Source: an uncultured Maribellus sp. (GTDB taxonomy: Bacteria > Bacteroidota > Bacteroidia > Bacteroidales > Prolixibacteraceae). Taken from it: a DNA stretch of 64,000 nucleotides. Shown here piece after piece: positions 37,417 through 47,494 of the stretch. The stretch lies in contig CAYZBC010000001.1 of NCBI GenBank assembly GCA_964476535.1, positions 4,788-68,787 on the forward strand. The letters run 5' to 3'. The notes below the pieces were generated by a model that was given only the letters and a program-made list of their open reading frames with translations, was not told the origin of the DNA and made no database searches. The position numbers were made by a program, and so were the translations under genes. Position 1 is the first letter of the stretch. Each line of letters begins with the position of its first letter.

Positions 37417-40400
37417 TTAGAATGTAATATTTACTCCCATGTTAAAACTCCTGGTAAGTGGATAAGTAAGACCTGCACTATATGCCCCTTCAATTTTCTC
37501 CGGGTCAAAAGGCTTTACAAAATCGTCGGTCCAGGTTATAAGGTTATGACCATTGGCGTAAATCCTCATGTTTTCAACGCCAATTGTTTTCATCCAACTA
37601 TGGTTTCTGAATGTATAACCAATATCGACTGTTTTTAATCTGAAATAAGAAGCATCTTTCCGCCATACTTCACTTTCAGCATACAAGGCTCCAACATCTG
37701 TATTATAGCGGTTGGCAGGCCATTCTCCTTCGTTCCAAGTTCCATCTTCATTTTGATTCCAAGAATCATAGAAATAAGCAGGTGTATTGCCACGGAATGC
37801 AAACATTGAAGCATAAACCTCTCGAAAACGAACCGTATATTTTCCTGATCCCTGGAATAAAGCTGTTATATCAAACCCTTTCCATTGAGCAGCTAAAGTA
37901 AGACCATAGTATTGTTTTGGAGTACCATTATAAAATTGTGGTAACATATCATTTCCATTAACAAGCCCATCACCATTCGTGTCCTGATAAATGTAATCTC
38001 CAGGCAATTCTTTTAAATTACCATCGCCACTTTGTATTGGTGCAAATACAACTTCATCTTCATTCTGGAACTGTCCAATTACGGTTTGTCCCCAAACAAT
38101 ATCATCGAACCTATTTTCTCTTCCGTTTTTCCAGTAATCCCAACTACTTGTAAAAGGACCACGTTCTACATATTCTTTATTTGTACGAGCATAGTTATAG
38201 TTTCCGCTAATCTCGTAGTAGAATTCTCCAACATTGTTTCTATAACCTAAAGCTAGATCAAAACCTCTAACACGGTCGCTGTTTAAGTTTTCTTCAGGAA
38301 GCTCTCCTCCAAAGGTATTCGGTAACGAAACGTTTCGTTTAGCCAACAAACCTTCTCTGTATCTTTGATAAACATCGAACTCAAATGACAAAGCATTGTT
38401 CCACATTCCCAAATCGAAACCGAAATCTGTAATTTGCGATTCGAACCATGTTAAAGCAGGATTTACAATTGATGGAGCAGAAGCCCCTGTTTGGTAGACA
38501 CCATTTTCAAATTCGTATCCGCCACCACCAGAGGTACCGAATCCTTCAACATATTGAAACGGGTCTCCAGCATCTTGTCCCACAATACCCCAAGAACCTC
38601 TCAGTTTTAGGTTTGAAATAACTGGTACTGCATCTTGGAAGAATGATTCTTCTGAAACTCTCCAGCCTGCAGTTACAACAGGGAAAAATCCCCAACGATA
38701 ATCGGGGTGATAACGGTATGAACCATCATAACGGAAAGCATATTCTACTAAATATTTTCCTTTATAATCGTAATTAAAACGTCCAATTATAGAACGGCTT
38801 CCTCTTTCGCGTTCGTTACCCGATGTTTGCTGATTATTTAAACTTCCCTGGTCAATTTGGTCATTGGTATAAAAGTCGTATTCTCTTTGTATCGACGCCC
38901 ATCTTTCGAAAGTACTTTGTTGTTCGTACACAACAGTAGCCGAAACATTGTGCATCTCTTTAAAAGACTTATCGTAAGAAATCTGAGTCTGGAAGTTTAC
39001 CAAGCTGTAATCATTCCAGCTATTGCTAATTTTAGTTGGTGCAAATTGCTCATAACCAGTATATTCTTCGGTATCTGCATCATAATCGTATAGTTTATAA
39101 GCTTTACCCAATCGCTTGCCCATACCACTATTACTATCGTACGAATATCTTCCTGTTAATGATAAACCTTCAACAAAAGGTACATCATAGGTTAAAACCA
39201 GCGTTGATTGGAAGTTCTTATTTACCCTTTCGTTATATCCAACAAGATCTCTGTCTGACATAGCAACCGGATTCTGATTACTTGGCATTAACTGTGATGG
39301 ATATTGAGGATTGCCGTTGGCATAAGGCTTTGCAGTTGGATCGCCAGTTCGAGTTGCTTTAAAAATCATAAAAAAGCTTTCAGCCGGACTTTCCTTTTTA
39401 TCGTATCTACCTGCAATTTGTATATCGGCCTTTAGGTTTTTTGTTAGCTGTGCCGAAACATTGGACCTAAATGTATATTTCTTATAACCAAGGTCGTCAG
39501 ATTTCAACAATCCATTGTCTTCAACGTATCCCATGCTTGTAAAAAAAGTAAGCGATTCGTTACCGCCTTGAGCAGAGAAGTTATGTTGTTGCTGGAAAGC
39601 CTGATCCTTAAAGGTTTCGTCGTACCAATTGGTACCTTCGTAACCAGGAGCACCATTTTGGTAATTTGCAACTTCCTCGTCAGTATATGCCGGTCCTAAG
39701 CCCGAAAATACTCGCGCACGATTTACCATTTCTACATATTGTGCTGCTGTGGCCATCTCAGGAACATCGGTCGGTGATTGAATTCCAAACACACCGTGAT
39801 AATTGAATTTTGTTTTACCTTGTTTACCTTTTTTTGTGGTAACAATAATAACTCCATTTGCTGCACGCAAACCATAAATAGCTGCTGCTGCATCTTTCAA
39901 TACCGAAATACTTTCAATATCTTCAGGATTTATTTTTTGAAATCCACTACCTCCTTCACGAGCTACACCATCAATTACATACAAAGGAGTTCCAAAACCC
40001 CTAATGTTAATTCGTGTATCAAAACTTCCCGGTTCACCAGTGTTTTGACGAATCTGTAAACCTGAAACTTTCCCTTGAAGAGCCTGAGCCAGGCTACTAT
40101 TTGTAGTAGTTAAAATTTCATCCGATTGGATGTTACTAATTGCAGAAGTTAAACTTTCCTTTTTCCTGGTACCATAACCAATTGCTACAACTTCGCCAAT
40201 ACCGATCATATCTTCAAGTAATACAATCGTCAAATCAGAATCATCAGCAACTGTAACATTTTTGGTTTGCATACCAACAAATGAAATTTGCAAAACCTTA
40301 TCCTTTTCGGTTGACAGCGAAAAATTTCCATCTACATCTGATACTGTACCATCTGTTGTACCTTTTACAACGATCGTTACTCCAGGTAGTGGAACGCCAT

Positions 40401-40497
40401 CCTTATCCGAAACAGTTCCTGATACTTTGCTGGTTTGAGCAAATACGCCTAACGAGGAGAAAACCATCAGTAGACATATAAAAACATGTTTTTTCAT
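37417..40497 (-). CDS. susC: SusC-like TonB-dependent transporter
   Basis: CarboxypepD_reg-like N-domain, EVVAIGYG, PLYVIDG, DIESISVLKDAAAAIYG.RAANGVIIVTTK, FRYDGS, YP..RSFNMGVNITF. Start placed at ATG 40497 (alternative 40530). Confidence 0.97.
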   Translation of the reverse strand: MKKHVFICLLMVFSSLGVFAQTSKVSGTVSDKDGVPLPGVTIVVKGTTDGTVSDVDGNFSLSTEKDKVLQISFVGMQTKNVTVADDSDLTIVLLEDMIGIGEVVAIGYGTRKKESLTSAISNIQSDEILTTTNSSLAQALQGKVSGLQIRQNTGEPGSFDTRINIRGFGTPLYVIDGVAREGGSGFQKINPEDIESISVLKDAAAAIYGLRAANGVIIVTTKKGKQGKTKFNYHGVFGIQSPTDVPEMATAAQYVEMVNRARVFSGLGPAYTDEEVANYQNGAPGYEGTNWYDETFKDQAFQQQHNFSAQGGNESLTFFTSMGYVEDNGLLKSDDLGYKKYTFRSNVSAQLTKNLKADIQIAGRYDKKESPAESFFMIFKATRTGDPTAKPYANGNPQYPSQLMPSNQNPVAMSDRDLVGYNERVNKNFQSTLVLTYDVPFVEGLSLTGRYSYDSNSGMGKRLGKAYKLYDYDADTEEYTGYEQFAPTKISNSWNDYSLVNFQTQISYDKSFKEMHNVSATVVYEQQSTFERWASIQREYDFYTNDQIDQGSLNNQQTSGNERERGSRSIIGRFNYDYKGKYLVEYAFRYDGSYRYHPDYRWGFFPVVTAGWRVSEESFFQDAVPVISNLKLRGSWGIVGQDAGDPFQYVEGFGTSGGGGYEFENGVYQTGASAPSIVNPALTWFESQITDFGFDLGMWNNALSFEFDVYQRYREGLLAKRNVSLPNTFGGELPEENLNSDRVRGFDLALGYRNNVGEFYYEISGNYNYARTNKEYVERGPFTSSWDYWKNGRENRFDDIVWGQTVIGQFQNEDEVVFAPIQSGDGNLKELPGDYIYQDTNGDGLVNGNDMLPQFYNGTPKQYYGLTLAAQWKGFDITALFQGSGKYTVRFREVYASMFAFRGNTPAYFYDSWNQNEDGTWNEGEWPANRYNTDVGALYAESEVWRKDASYFRLKTVDIGYTFRNHSWMKTIGVENMRIYANGHNLITWTDDFVKPFDPEKIEGAYSAGLTYPLTRSFNMGVNITF

Positions 40498-41065
40498 ATA
40501 AAATAATTTAGTGTATTCATTAATTTTCAATAATATTATTTCTTAATAGATTTGGTATTCAATAGATAAATTTTCACGCCATATGCACTCCTCCTGTTTA
40601 ATCTTATTATTTGATAAATACAGACTCACTCACCATTTGTATATATCTAAATTATCTTCGTTTCGTTTGTAATTCCCGAGCGATGAGTTCAATATAATAG
40701 TTTGTAAATCTTTTACAAATAAAGAATCTGAGGCTTAATTATAAATTAACAAAGGATTAATAAGATTAATAGGATGCAAAAAAGAAGAAAAACATCTCAC
40801 AACCACCTGACACTACACCAATTACACCCGTAAATAAAAATCTAATTATTAAAATATAAAGGCCGTAATTATTCTAATATTTATACGATTCCCGAAATGC
40901 ATAGAAGAATAAAATTATAGATAATGCTCATACTTCTTGTGCAAAAAAAGCGTTGTCGCAATTTCATTGCTGCATTTTCCTACTTCCTTTCATTCTCTTA
41001 TTTTAGCAGAAAAAAATCCTATCGACAGTATAGAAAGTGATCATTTAGCACTTGGCATTAATCAT

Positions 41066-41090
41066 ATTAATGGTTTATTAATGGTTTATT
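41066..41090. repeat. 11-bp tandem direct repeat ATTAATGGTTT x2 in the divergent susC/phosphoesterase promoter region
   Basis: Read directly at 41066-41076 and 41077-41087, plus a partial third unit. Confidence 0.7.
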
Positions 41091-41138
41091 AGTCGACTAA
41101 CAATATATTGTACTTTCAATTTAATTCTAGAATAGATT

Positions 41139-41342
41139 ATGCTCTTAAAAGAAGATCCTTCAATAAACGATTCGATAAAGCCTGATTTTAAAATTTGCTG
41201 GATAAATCAAGTCTCTTTCAAAAAAGGAAATTGTACTATCTTTACCTATGGAAGAGGAAAAGAAATTGCTATTGCTACTTTTAATACATTATATCCCGGT
41301 TGTGAAATAGATGGAATTGAAGAGCTCGAAAAAGTGGGATAA
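41139..41342 (+). CDS. Hypothetical protein (67 aa)
   Basis: ATG-initiated ORF in an otherwise empty region, 24 nt before the phosphoesterase ATG; no recognised motif. Confidence 0.4.
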   Translation: MLLKEDPSINDSIKPDFKICWINQVSFKKGNCTIFTYGRGKEIAIATFNTLYPGCEIDGIEELEKVG

Positions 41343-41366
41343 TAAATCACATTTTTATATTTGATT

Positions 41367-42236
41367 ATGAAATCAAGAAGAGTTATTACAAGCTTGTTAC
41401 TACTTTGCATTTTGCATGGAGTTTTAATGGGCCAAAATAAAGGTCAAAACAATCCTTGGTTTTTTATTCAGATTACTGATCCTCAATTTGGAATGTTTGA
41501 AAACAATGAGAGATTTGAAAAAGAAACCATTTTATACGAAAAAGCCGTTGCCGGGATAAATAAACTCAATCCCGATTTTGTTGTAATTACGGGTGATTTT
41601 GTTCATGACCAAAATTCTGAATCACAGATAAATGAATTTACAAGAATTACTGCAAAGATAAATCCTGAAATTCCGGTTTACTATTCTCCGGGCAACCACG
41701 ACGTTGGCCAGGTTCCAGACAAACAAAGTCTAAAGAAATATACAAGAAACTATGGAAAGGATCATTTTTCATTTGAACACAAAGGATCCTTGTTTGTCGG
41801 TTTTAATACCAGTTTAGTAAAAGCGAATACTCCAAAGCTCGAACAAAAACAATATAAATGGCTGTCTCGAAAACTTAAAAATGGGCAGAAAGAAAATCAG
41901 GTTGTTTTATTTTGTCATTATCCATTTTTCAATAAAACATTTGATGAACCGGAAGCCTATTCAAATATCGGGATTGAATACCGTAAAAAGTACCTTTCGC
42001 TTTTTGAAAACAATGAGGTAGATGCAATTTTTTCAGGACATCATCATAATAATGGCCTATCCAGTTATGGCAAGATACAACTGGTAACAACAAGTGCACT
42101 TGGCAAACCGTTGGGAGATGCACCGTCAGGCATGCGAATTGTAAAGATTTTCAAGGATGGCATCGAGCATGAATATTTTGGTTTGGAAGAACTGCCGGAT
42201 TCAGTTGGTTTTGAATCAAATCAAAAATTACAGTAA
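41367..42236 (+). CDS. Secreted calcineurin-like metallophosphoesterase (CPPED1-like)
   Basis: Signal peptide; TDPQFG, ITGDFV, PGNHDV, FCHYP, SGHHH motifs. Confidence 0.88.
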   Translation: MKSRRVITSLLLLCILHGVLMGQNKGQNNPWFFIQITDPQFGMFENNERFEKETILYEKAVAGINKLNPDFVVITGDFVHDQNSESQINEFTRITAKINPEIPVYYSPGNHDVGQVPDKQSLKKYTRNYGKDHFSFEHKGSLFVGFNTSLVKANTPKLEQKQYKWLSRKLKNGQKENQVVLFCHYPFFNKTFDEPEAYSNIGIEYRKKYLSLFENNEVDAIFSGHHHNNGLSSYGKIQLVTTSALGKPLGDAPSGMRIVKIFKDGIEHEYFGLEELPDSVGFESNQKLQ

Positions 42237-42267
42237 ATTCAGCAAATTACAGATTAAAAAATACACT

Positions 42268-43503
42268 ATGAAAACTAACCTAATTTTATTACTAGTCTTA
42301 ACTGTTAGTTTTAACTTGGCAATAGCTTCAGAAAAAACAAGCATCAAAGACTTTGATGTGAAGCCGGAAAATAGTGCTGCCGTCAACAAAGTAAACTTGC
42401 AAAAAGCAATCGACTGGGCATCGGAACGAGGAGCAGCTTTATTTGTTGAACCATCAGCAGAACCTTATTATATTGATGGTGGAATTATTCTGAAAAAAAA
42501 TGTTTCGTTAATTGGCGTACATGGCCCAACCCACCGTGGAACTGTTCATGCTACAAAAAAGCAACCAGTTGGAAGTGTATTTGCAATTACCGACAAAGAA
42601 AATGCATTTATTACAGTAGAAACCGCAACTCAAATTAAAGGAATTCAGTTTTGGTATCCCGAACAAACGCTTAAGGATCCAGCAGCAATTATACCATACA
42701 AAGCAACAATCAAAGTTTCACAAACCAGCAGAGCTCAAGGAATTTATCTTTCTTGCCTCACTTTTTATGGCGAATATCTAGCTTTCGATTTTAATGCGAC
42801 TCGTGATAATGCCTGCGAATTAATGACTTTCGAACACTGTTATGGATACCCATTAAGTGGCCAATTTATTCGAATGGATTATGTTTATGATGTTCCACGG
42901 ATTTTGCATTGTCATGTAAATCCAGCTGCACAACGTTATATTGGTGGCCAGTTTAGTCGCGCCGTTGTTGATGCCGTTATTGCAAAAAAAACCTATGCAT
43001 ATACAATTAACCACACCGACAATGCCCAAATAATTGACTTATTTACTTTTGGCACTTATGGTGGAATTCATTTGGGACCAGAGTCATACGGACAATTAAC
43101 CAACTTCAATTTCGATTGTGTGGCCGTTGGTATTTTAAAACAAGGAAATAACAGCAAAAACCGCAATTGGCAAATTGCACAAGGTTCTATAATTGCCAAC
43201 ACCGGCGAGAAAGTGGAAGATATTCATCCAATAATTATTGAAGGGAAAGGACATACTTCATTAAGTAATGTGGAAGCTTTTTCAGGCGGAAACGGTGCAT
43301 TAACAACGGTTAAAGAAAACAGCTCGTGGGACTTTCTTTTGGTTCGTGGCGACAGCAAATTAACGGTTTCCATTTGGGGTAGCCGCATGAGAAATTACAT
43401 TTCAGATTCACCAATTACTGTAGAAAATAAAGATGCAATCATTCATGTTGCTGGCTCTTTTGATAAGGAGGAGAATTTATATAATAAGACCTTTGGACAA
43501 TAA
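42268..43503 (+). CDS. Secreted right-handed beta-helix protein (GH28-related/Pectate_lyase_3-like), activity unknown
   Basis: Signal peptide; N..NLQKAID, Y...G.I.LK.NV.LIG, Asn-ladder-like repeats. Start moved to ATG 42268. Confidence 0.65.
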   Translation: MKTNLILLLVLTVSFNLAIASEKTSIKDFDVKPENSAAVNKVNLQKAIDWASERGAALFVEPSAEPYYIDGGIILKKNVSLIGVHGPTHRGTVHATKKQPVGSVFAITDKENAFITVETATQIKGIQFWYPEQTLKDPAAIIPYKATIKVSQTSRAQGIYLSCLTFYGEYLAFDFNATRDNACELMTFEHCYGYPLSGQFIRMDYVYDVPRILHCHVNPAAQRYIGGQFSRAVVDAVIAKKTYAYTINHTDNAQIIDLFTFGTYGGIHLGPESYGQLTNFNFDCVAVGILKQGNNSKNRNWQIAQGSIIANTGEKVEDIHPIIIEGKGHTSLSNVEAFSGGNGALTTVKENSSWDFLLVRGDSKLTVSIWGSRMRNYISDSPITVENKDAIIHVAGSFDKEENLYNKTFGQ

Positions 43504-43699
43504 TTTGTAATACCAGTTTATATCGAAAATCACCGTTTAACCTAATTCAATATAAGTTCACCGATTAATATTCAGTTGTATGTTTATTTAGTCAATATTG
43601 CAAAATAATTAATTCGCTAGTATTCATTATCATTAATTTAAATGAGAAGAAGAAGTATTATAAGGTGTTCTGTATCCAATTTTTTCAATTGCTTCTTCT

Positions 43700-45082
43700 A
43701 TGTCTAATACATCTGAATATCTTATTCTTGTTGTAGTCGTTTTTACAATATATTTAATCATAGGCATTTTCCCATTTTCGAAATCAAATCGTGAGAATTT
43801 TTTAATCTCGGGTCGAAAATTAGGAGGGGTTTCTAATGGTTTTTCAATAGCTGCAAGTAAAATTGGAGGTGGGTTATTGGTAACCTATTCTACCTTGTTT
43901 TTTGCTTTTGGATGGAGTGCGATATTTTATTTTGTAGGCATTATTATTGGCTATTTGCTTTTTTACCTCTTTGCTTTTAAACTAGTAGATGAGTCAAAAG
44001 AAAGAAACTACTATACGGTTGCCGATTATTTTTCAAATAAATTTGGAAATAAAGTCGGTATTGTCATTGGTGTTTTAACTACCTGTTCGGTACTTGGATG
44101 GATTTTTACCAATTTGGCTGCAGGCGGTATTATCCTAAGTAATATAACAGATATTTCTCCTTTTATTACAACTTCCGCACTTGCTTTATTAATTGGTTTA
44201 TACTTGTATGTTGGTGGATTTGCATCTGTAATAAAAACGGATGTAATTCAATACCTTGCCCTACTTACAATAACTTCTATTTTTGTTTTGGTTTTATATA
44301 CTTCCGATTTCCAAACAAATGTCATTCAGGTTTCATCTGCCCCAATTGGCATGATTATAGGTTTTATTTTTTTAGGAATATTGTTCCCAATGGGATCGGG
44401 TGAATTGTGGCAAAGAATTTATTCTTCAAAAAGTACAAGGGAGTTTAAAAGATCATTAGTTATTGCTTCGGTATCTTATGTTGTTTTGGGTATTTTTTTG
44501 TCAATTATCTGTTTTCAGATTCTTGCAGTTGTACCATCATCTCTACTCTCTGTTAAAAATGAATTAAAACTTACTTTGGGTGTTGAACATTTGGTGAAAA
44601 ATATACATCCCTTATTGCCTGTGGTATGGTTAATAGCCTACTTGTCTGCTATCATATCAACAGCAGATACATTTGTCTTTACTGCAGCATCTTCATTGGT
44701 TCAAGACTTGCTTCAAAAATCGGAAAGAATAAAATCCGAGGAGGTGGTTTCAAAAATTAAAATATCAATTATAGCCCTTTTAATTTTAGGGGTAATTATA
44801 GCTTATTTCTTCCCGGATGTTGTAAGCCTGACATTTCTTTTTGTTGGTATCTCATTGGTGATTTCAAGTTTAGCTTATTTCTCTAGAGTGAAAAAATTAG
44901 AAAAGAAAAAACGCTCTTTCTACATCTCTGGATTAATTGGTTTTTTCTCCGTACTTATCCATTTTGCAATATCAGGATTTGAAGCTAATATTATAACTGC
45001 CCTAATTGGATTTGGCACAGCCACGATTTGTCTTATATTTAGTTTGGTATCTACTAAGTTAAAAATACACAGCCCGGAATAA
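43700..45082 (+). CDS. Sodium:solute symporter (SSS) family protein
   Basis: F.ISGRKLG, SIAASKIGGG, GGFASVIKTDVIQ, WQRIYSSK, SAIISTADT motifs; about 13 TM helices. Confidence 0.85.
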   Translation: MSNTSEYLILVVVVFTIYLIIGIFPFSKSNRENFLISGRKLGGVSNGFSIAASKIGGGLLVTYSTLFFAFGWSAIFYFVGIIIGYLLFYLFAFKLVDESKERNYYTVADYFSNKFGNKVGIVIGVLTTCSVLGWIFTNLAAGGIILSNITDISPFITTSALALLIGLYLYVGGFASVIKTDVIQYLALLTITSIFVLVLYTSDFQTNVIQVSSAPIGMIIGFIFLGILFPMGSGELWQRIYSSKSTREFKRSLVIASVSYVVLGIFLSIICFQILAVVPSSLLSVKNELKLTLGVEHLVKNIHPLLPVVWLIAYLSAIISTADTFVFTAASSLVQDLLQKSERIKSEEVVSKIKISIIALLILGVIIAYFFPDVVSLTFLFVGISLVISSLAYFSRVKKLEKKKRSFYISGLIGFFSVLIHFAISGFEANIITALIGFGTATICLIFSLVSTKLKIHSPE

Positions 45083-45211
45083 AACTATTTGTATTCTTTA
45101 TTGTTAAGTAAGGCAGCAATTAACAAAGTATTTAAGCGTTAAAATATGAACTTTGAGAACGTTTGTAACGTTTGGTTTATGCATACGTCTTATGTTCCAT
45201 GAAGATTAAAA

Positions 45212-46012
45212 ATGAAATTATACGCTGAATATTATTTAAGTAAAAAGGCAGAGCGATTTGTCAATAAAATTTGGGTCTTAGACAATTCGTTAAACGACCA
45301 CGCGGTGAAAAACAAAATGGTTTTGCCAAATGGGTGCTTTAATTTAGCCTTGGTTACCGGAAAAGCATGGGAAGTTACAATTAAGAACAAATGTTTTAGA
45401 ATGGTAGAGGGCATTTACTTAAATGCACAAATAACCCAAAAAGCAATTATTGATATTGAAGCCCACACCAAAATAATTTTAATTCAGTTTCATGCCTGGA
45501 GTATATCACTTTTCCCCGATTATGACCTTACTAAATTCAGGGATGTTATCATTCAAATTAATTTTAAAAATCTACCCTTTCATTACAACATAGAACCTTC
45601 TTATTACGCAGATTTAGATAAAATAATAGAGCTCACAAATAAAAACTTTGAAGCATTGAGTGATAAAAATCCTGAGAAAACGCTTACCGAATTAATGTGT
45701 TTAAATACGGATCTTCCAAATGAGAAAATTCTTAAAACCGTTAAGGGAGTTAACTATTCCAACAGAACTTTACAAATTGAATTTAAAAAATCGACGGGTC
45801 TTAACCGAAAGCAATACAGCAAATTAATTAACTTAAGAAAAACGGTAGATTACATCTCTCATCCTGACAACGAAACAAGTACTTTGACAGGTATCGCATA
45901 CAAAAGTGGTTATTTCGATCAAATTCATTTTATAAAAATCTTCAAAGAGATTGTAAATATTACACCCAAGAAATTTGAAACACAATCCTTTATTCTTTCC
46001 GAAATAAGATAG
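45212..46012 (+). CDS. AraC-family regulator with DUF6597-like N-domain
   Basis: VLPNGC.NL, RTLQ..FKK.TGL..KQY, A..SGYFDQ.HFIK.FK.....TP. Confidence 0.88.
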   Translation: MKLYAEYYLSKKAERFVNKIWVLDNSLNDHAVKNKMVLPNGCFNLALVTGKAWEVTIKNKCFRMVEGIYLNAQITQKAIIDIEAHTKIILIQFHAWSISLFPDYDLTKFRDVIIQINFKNLPFHYNIEPSYYADLDKIIELTNKNFEALSDKNPEKTLTELMCLNTDLPNEKILKTVKGVNYSNRTLQIEFKKSTGLNRKQYSKLINLRKTVDYISHPDNETSTLTGIAYKSGYFDQIHFIKIFKEIVNITPKKFETQSFILSEIR

Positions 46013-46236
46013 CCATTAGACTTTATACCAATTAAATTCGTCCGTTAGCTGACGGATTTATCTTTTTCCGCTTCCCTGCATTATTTTTTATAACGTAGCT
46101 ATGGCTATGCAAAGAAAAATGCCTTGGCAATCGAAAAAATCTTTAATACTGCCTATTTCCGGTTTTAATCATTATTAAGTTTCTTCGTTTTTTTACTATT
46201 TTTTTATTTGACAATGCTCTAGTTTTACAATACAGA

Positions 46237-46350
46237 AAACAAGAAAGCATGTAACCAATGTAAAATTAGATTGGCAGTATATTGTATACACGATTAAATT
46301 TTTATGTGAGTTCCATACTTTTCAGTTAAACATTTTAAAAACTAGAAAGC
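46237..46350 (+). repeat. Diverged single copy (E) of the start-codon-associated repeat
   Basis: AAGCATGTAA near the 5' end; GATTAAATTTTTATGTGAGTTCCAT vs D1 GATTATATTTTAGGGAGTTCCAT; CATACTTTT pairs with GAAAGCATG, which includes the ATG at 46351. Confidence 0.55.
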
Positions 46351-47085
46351 ATGAAAACAAGAACAATTTTAATCACAGTAGCAATTGTATTGACTGGTTC
46401 GTTAACATTAGTCTCAGCTCAAAATACGATTGAAAAAAAATCTCCCGTAGTAGAAACTCAACAAGCTCGCTTTGGTAACCTTGCGAACAATCAGGTAAAT
46501 CTTTTATACCTAAATACTTTTGATAATAGCAAAACCAAATTGGTAGTAGTAGTTGAAGAAAAATACGGTGATCTGGTTTACTCAAAACGTTTTTCAAAAA
46601 CAAAGAATTTGAATTTAAACCTTGATATTTCAGATTTTCCTGAAGGCGACTACACTTTTAAACTTTATAACAAAACCCAATTAGTTTGTTCCAAAGTTAT
46701 AACAAAACAAAATTGTATTTCAACATTAAACGACAACGTAAGACATCGGATTACAGAACTATCTCCATTTATAAAAACCCAGCAAGCACACATTGGAGAT
46801 AATATAAACAATCAGGTAAATCTTCAATACATAGACACAACTGATAAAGGTCGTCGTAACATGGCAGTTCATATTATTAAAGAGTCTGGTCAGTTACAAT
46901 ATTCAAAAAGTTTTTTCACAAACGGAGATCTGAATGTCAGTTTTGATATATCGATATTACCGGTAGGCAATTACACTTTCCAATTTTATAATAAAAACGA
47001 ATTGGTTTGTACAAAAGCTATTACAAAACAACTGGTGAAGCGTACCGAGAAACTTACGGCAAGCCTTTTTACTAAAGAAAACTAG
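46351..47085 (+). CDS. Secreted protein made of two tandem T9SS-CTD/DUF3244-like Ig modules
   Basis: Signal peptide; internal repeat QVNL.Y.....YSK.F....LN...DIS..P.G.YTF..YNK..LVC.K.ITKQ occurs twice. Confidence 0.7.
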   Translation: MKTRTILITVAIVLTGSLTLVSAQNTIEKKSPVVETQQARFGNLANNQVNLLYLNTFDNSKTKLVVVVEEKYGDLVYSKRFSKTKNLNLNLDISDFPEGDYTFKLYNKTQLVCSKVITKQNCISTLNDNVRHRITELSPFIKTQQAHIGDNINNQVNLQYIDTTDKGRRNMAVHIIKESGQLQYSKSFFTNGDLNVSFDISILPVGNYTFQFYNKNELVCTKAITKQLVKRTEKLTASLFTKEN

Positions 47086-47111
47086 AGTTGTAGAATTTAA
47101 ATAACTTCGAT

Positions 47112-47402
47112 ATGATTACAATGGCAACAAATCCTGTACAGCAAGATATTATACAAGATGCTGTGTTGCGAATATATGACCCCAATATAAACAAACCCAA
47201 GCCGTGTGAAGATGACCCTGCATTTAGTGACGATATTTGCATAATAGATGAGAATGGACTACATGGTTTGGCATGTTTTTCATTTGAACATGAAATCTGG
47301 GTATTTCACTATGACACATTAGTTGATTACAGTAAAAAGGATATAGCAACCAAATGGAAATGGTATTACCCACCAATAAGTAACAAAGATATTGAGTGGT
47401 AA
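47112..47402 (+). CDS. Hypothetical protein, weakly resembling phage DUF551-type proteins
   Basis: 96-aa ORF with KP.P...S..I.I....G....A.F.....W and terminal W.YPP pattern. Confidence 0.55.
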   Translation: MITMATNPVQQDIIQDAVLRIYDPNINKPKPCEDDPAFSDDICIIDENGLHGLACFSFEHEIWVFHYDTLVDYSKKDIATKWKWYYPPISNKDIEW

Positions 47403-47494
47403 ATGCCTAACTAACACGATATATAATCGATTTTTTTGATAAAGAAGGTAAGTGCCAGAATTACAGCTTTCAATTAAATCATAGAAAGCTATTC

